Source: Rhizaria sp. SCN 62-66 (taxonomy: Eukaryota). From it: DNA of 54,396 bases. The notes below the pieces were generated by a model. The model had not been told where the DNA came from and did not search any database. It was given only the letters and a program-made list of their open reading frames with translations. Positions within the stretch are counted from its first letter, which is position 1; every line of letters begins with the position of its first letter. This document shows, piece after piece, positions 50,511-54,396 of the stretch. The stretch is from assembly GCA_001724265.1 (NCBI GenBank), contig MEDY01000195.1, forward strand, positions 1 through 54,396. Direction: 5' to 3'. A program made the translations under genes and the position numbers.

Positions 50511-51713
50511 GCAATGAGAGAAGGATTATCGGGATAGAATGCAGATAGTGCGATTGTGCTATAAGCTTATGATCACTCTAACAGTTACCTGACTACATGA
50601 TGTTGTGCTGGCCATTCGCGGACATCATGCGTCCTCGTTCACTCTCAAAGTTTCTACGGACTCGTCAATGTCAATAAATGGCTGGTGATGATAAAAAGCA
50701 ATAGATATGTATTTTTCAATCAATCAACGTATATCGATCGTTTCGCCCCGTGCGATTGACGCGTTGTATCACAATATCTTGCGGCAATGATTTCGCACAA
50801 GGGACACGTGTGATGTCAGAGTCACAAATTAGACGCCTACCCGTTCTTCGTCTTGCGCTCCGTTGGCTTCATTAGGAGATGAATCACGCCACGCCCAAGT
50901 GGGCATTGTCGCTTGAATTTGCTGAGCTCTTGTCCTATCAAGTGCGTAAAGGTCCGATGCAAAGCTTGAATGTCCTGTGAAGGCTGTCCGATTTGAAGCA
51001 GAAGACGGACGTACAACTGCGTTTATAGCGCTCGCACAACTTCCTTAGTGGAGACAATAACCGTTTGAAAGCCTCCACTTGTACAGCTTCTCATCAAGCG
51101 GTTGTTTGTACCTGCCCACGTCGCTCACAGAGAGGTGGCGACACAGCGCGTGACTTCCGAGGGGGAGGCTGCGTGGGCTACCAGAGCTTGCTGACGTGGC
51201 AATAACGTGAGTGCAAGGCGCACCCGCATGCGCGTGGCAAATAACACGGAATACGTGTTGCTTCGACTCAGAAATGACGGCACGAGAACAGTCAAAGAGT
51301 GTTCAACGGATGCTCACGTACAGAGTGTTTCTCATGAAAAACTGAAGATGAGTTTTTCAGAGGAGTGACGCAGTTATTAGAGACGCTGTAATTTAAGCAC
51401 AGCAAGACAGGCTTATTTATATTCTTTCGCACAACAATTTGCCGATTTAACTCGAACTACGTGCGGATATCCTTTGGATACTTCCGGGTGAGTATGAGTA
51501 CCGAGTGGTTGGAGGGTAGTGGCGGCTAACTAAAACGAGCTGTATCTTACTCACCCGTCGTCAAATAGTCCTGAACGGAAACAATGTTAATTGATATATA
51601 CACTCCCCCTTTTTTTCATTTTACTCACGCTCAATATCTTTATTTGTGCTTCTGTGCAGACCTTTGCTTACCGACTGAGACAAAGCAGAATCCGAGCGCA
51701 GAGAAGTCTTGTC

Positions 51714-53792
51714 ATGTCGCAGCCGCCCTCTGCGTCCGTGCCCGCAGCTGCGTCCGCGCCCGCGCCCACGGCCGGAGCCGTGTCTGATGCCGCGCCTGCC
51801 GCGGCCGCGCCCCGCGCCGCGGACGTCGCGGCCCCCGGCGCGCGCGCCCCGGGCCACATCAGCGTGTTTGAGTTCGACCTGAACCAGCGCCCGCTGGGCA
51901 GAGGCTCCTTCAGCGAGGTCGTCCAATGCGAGCGCTACGCCGACCGGCGCAAGTACGCGCTCAAGATGATTAACAAGAGCAAGGCGCAGTCGAAGAACGT
52001 GATCAAATACGTGCTGAACGAGCGCCGCGTGATGTCGCTGCTGAACCACCCGCACATCATCAAGATGCTCTGGACCGCGCGCGACGAGACCAACGTGTAC
52101 ATGTTCTACGAGCACGCGCCGCGCGGCGAGCTGTGGGAGCTGCTGCAGAAGTTCCCCGCGCGCGCCGTGCCCGTAGAGCTGGCGCGCGTGTGGCTTGCAC
52201 AGCTGGTCTCAGCGTTGCGCCACGTGCATTCGCTCGGCATCGTGCACCGCGACGTCAAGCCGGAAAACATCCTGCTCGCAGAGGACTTCTCCCTCAAGCT
52301 CTGCGACTTTGGCACCGCCAAGATCCTCGCCGACCTCCCCGTGGAGGAACGGCGCAAGGCGCTGGCGCTGGCGGCCGCGACCAAGAAGGTCGACGACGCC
52401 GAGCGGCAGCGCACCACGGAGGAGATCGCTAAGTCGGCCGCGATGGCGCGCGAGAACAAGTACAACAACATCATGTCAGGTACGCGCCGCTACGATAAAC
52501 ACGAACATGCAACATGTTTATCTAAAATCTTTCAACCTAGTGTGTACACCACGTTTCATGTATGCTCTTAAGTATTCTCTCACCTGTTTTCCTCCTTTTG
52601 TTCCCTCCCACATTCAGACGACGAACACCGCCGCCGTTCTATCGCCTACTCGGTCTCGCGTCTTAACTCGTTTACCGGCACGCCCGAGTACATGGCGCCC
52701 GAGGTCGTGGAGAACAAGCCCACGCGCTTCGCCCCCTCGGCCGACTACTGGTCCGTTGGCGTCGTGGCCTACCAGCTGCTCACGGGGCTGCTGCCCTTCC
52801 GCGGTGCTTCCGCCTACCTCACCTTCCGCGCCACGCTTGAGGCGCCGCTTGCGCTGCCGGCCAGCGTGCCCGCCGCGGCGCGGGAGCTAGTGATGGGACT
52901 GCTCGAAAGCGGGCGGGACCGGGGCGACTTGGGTCAGGAGAAGAAGCAAGACAGCGAGAGTGGCAGCAAAGACGCCGGAGCTGCTGCTGCTGCTGCGGCG
53001 GCGGAGGGTGAGACTGGTGCGGATGCAGCGAAGATTGGCCTGGCGAAGCGGTGGGGTTGGGACCAGGTGCGCGACTGCGAGTTCTTCAGGGGAATTGACT
53101 GGGCAGCACTTGAAACAGTCAACAGCCACAACAGCAACAACAACAGCGCAGACAGCGCAAGCAACACAGACATTAGAAGCGACAGGAGCAGTGTGAACGA
53201 GAAGAGTAGCTCGGAGACTGCTCCCTATGCGAATGCTGGCGCCACGAATGGTAGCGTTAGTGTTGACAACGTGCTTCTGTCCGTCATCAACAATAACCTC
53301 AGCAGTCACACGGAAAACAAGCCCGAAGACTCCAGCTCAAGCTCGAGCTCTGGCTCCCAGTCCAGCTCAAGCTCGAACTCGAGCTCCCGTGCGAGTGGGA
53401 GGTTCACCAGCGACGGCGTGCGCATGTCGGCCTCGGCGACCGCGCTGCTGGAGCGGCTCCACGCGCTGCCGCTGCCCGGCGACTCGAAGCGGCGCGGGCT
53501 GACGGCGGAGAAGGAGGTAACGGTGACGATGGAGCAGCTGGAGCGTGAATTCGGCCAGATGGTCGTAATCGAGGACGGCTTTATCGTCCCCGGCAATAGC
53601 GAGAACGGCGGCGGCGTTGCCCCCGGTGCCGTCGGCCAGGGGGACGGCGACAGCAGTCGCGGCAGTGGCAGCGGCAAAGCGAGGAGTGCTGCGAGCAAGA
53701 CTGGCCGGTGCGAGATCGTGTGCGAGGGCGAGGAGGAGGATGAGGACGAGGACAGTAATATCAGCGCTGCGACCACCGAGGCCGCGAAGTGA
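51714..53792 (+). CDS. AGC-group Ser/Thr kinase, PDK1-like, ~646 aa
   Basis: Exons 51714-52479 and 52618-53792; stop is TGA. Motifs: LGRGSFSEV, YALKMINK, HRDVKPENILL, DFGTAK, RLNSFTGTPEYMAPE, DYWSVGVVAYQLLTGLLPF, FFRGIDW. Confidence 0.85.
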
Positions 53793-54062
53793 TTCATTAC
53801 GCGTGGTATCCTCGACTAGAGCTTTCAAGCAATAGTGTGCGTGTTTGTGAACACTATACTGTATTCAAGACCATCGGATGGTCGAGGTGATGAAGTATGC
53901 AACATTGGGCCGTTAGATGACCTGGTCTCAGTGCATGCAGACATTATATAGTCAGCCGCAAAGGGCACTACAGCTATACGCGGTCGATTTTGTGTTTGAA
54001 CAGAGTGAGCGATTACGAATACATAGAGATAATTGGCAGAAGAGTGATGCTGTCCAAAGACT

Positions 54063-54193
54063 AGTCAGTAATACAATTCCCTGGTTTTAAGACACTTTTT
54101 TACAACTCAAAAACCCCTCATCAACTCAGTGACTTCATAGGGTTTTTGAGTTGTAAAAAAGTGTCTTAAAACCAGGGAATTCTATTACTGGCT
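54063..54193. repeat. Long inverted repeat (foldback hairpin; MITE-like or hairpin-RNA-like)
   Basis: 54075-54116 is the exact reverse complement of 54140-54181 (42 bp) with a 23-nt spacer. The arms extend to 54063/54193 with 2 mismatches. Confidence 0.9.
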
Positions 54194-54396
54194 TGACTGC
54201 TGAACAAAAATCTTGGCAGGTGTGAATTGTGAAACATAAGTGCGGTGTTGTATTGAATGTCAAGTAAAGCATCAAAAAGCAAGGCGGAATGCCTATTTCT
54301 GTAACCCCTATGTAGCGTCAACTAAAAAACGCCAAAAACGCAGTTTTCGGCAGGTAACTTCCACAATAGAAATCTCTGTGAAATAATCGTCAAAGC

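Noticed and set aside
51490-51555. tRNA D-loop-like string (ccgagtggttgg) considered as a possible UAG-decoding tRNA
   Set aside because: No T-loop GTTCRA or cloverleaf. I saw no tRNA in the window.
364-53835. Numerous long overlapping or antisense ORFs (e.g. 364..2367, 11620..13863, 16486..18591)
   Set aside because: They are shadows of GC-rich, codon-biased exons: Arg/Ala/Pro-rich translations with no motifs, each overlapping a better-supported gene.
1-54396. Prokaryotic features (CRISPR arrays, operons, rRNA)
   Set aside because: The sequence is eukaryotic, with spliceosomal introns and eukaryote-specific genes. I saw no spaced direct-repeat array or rRNA-like sequence.

Overview
Eukaryotic (most likely protist) nuclear DNA with very GC-rich exons and short AT-rich GT-AG introns (21 introns of 106-241 nt in my manual models). 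I assembled nine spliced genes: importin-13/transportin-SR-like karyopherin (-), signal peptidase subunit SPCS2 (+), a ~5,870-aa ankyrin-repeat protein (-), a ~3,400-aa RAD51-paralog-like protein (-), VPS26C/DSCR3 (-), centromeric histone CenH3 (+), an EF-hand cation/Ca2+ exchanger (-), an EF-hand sensor (+) and a PDK1-like kinase (+). The main finding is a probable variant genetic code. Three unrelated genes each carry one in-frame TAG in exon 1 with the reading frame continuing past it, while all nine genes end in TAA (6) or TGA (3) and none in TAG. This suggests UAG is read as an amino acid while UAA remains a stop. Other notable signals are a GTACGT (+4C) splice-donor consensus, an R3H-like domain inside the Ca2+ exchanger, a RecA fold split by an SQ-rich insertion, and a 42-bp perfect inverted repeat near the window end. 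All family calls come from motif recognition by eye; no database search was run.
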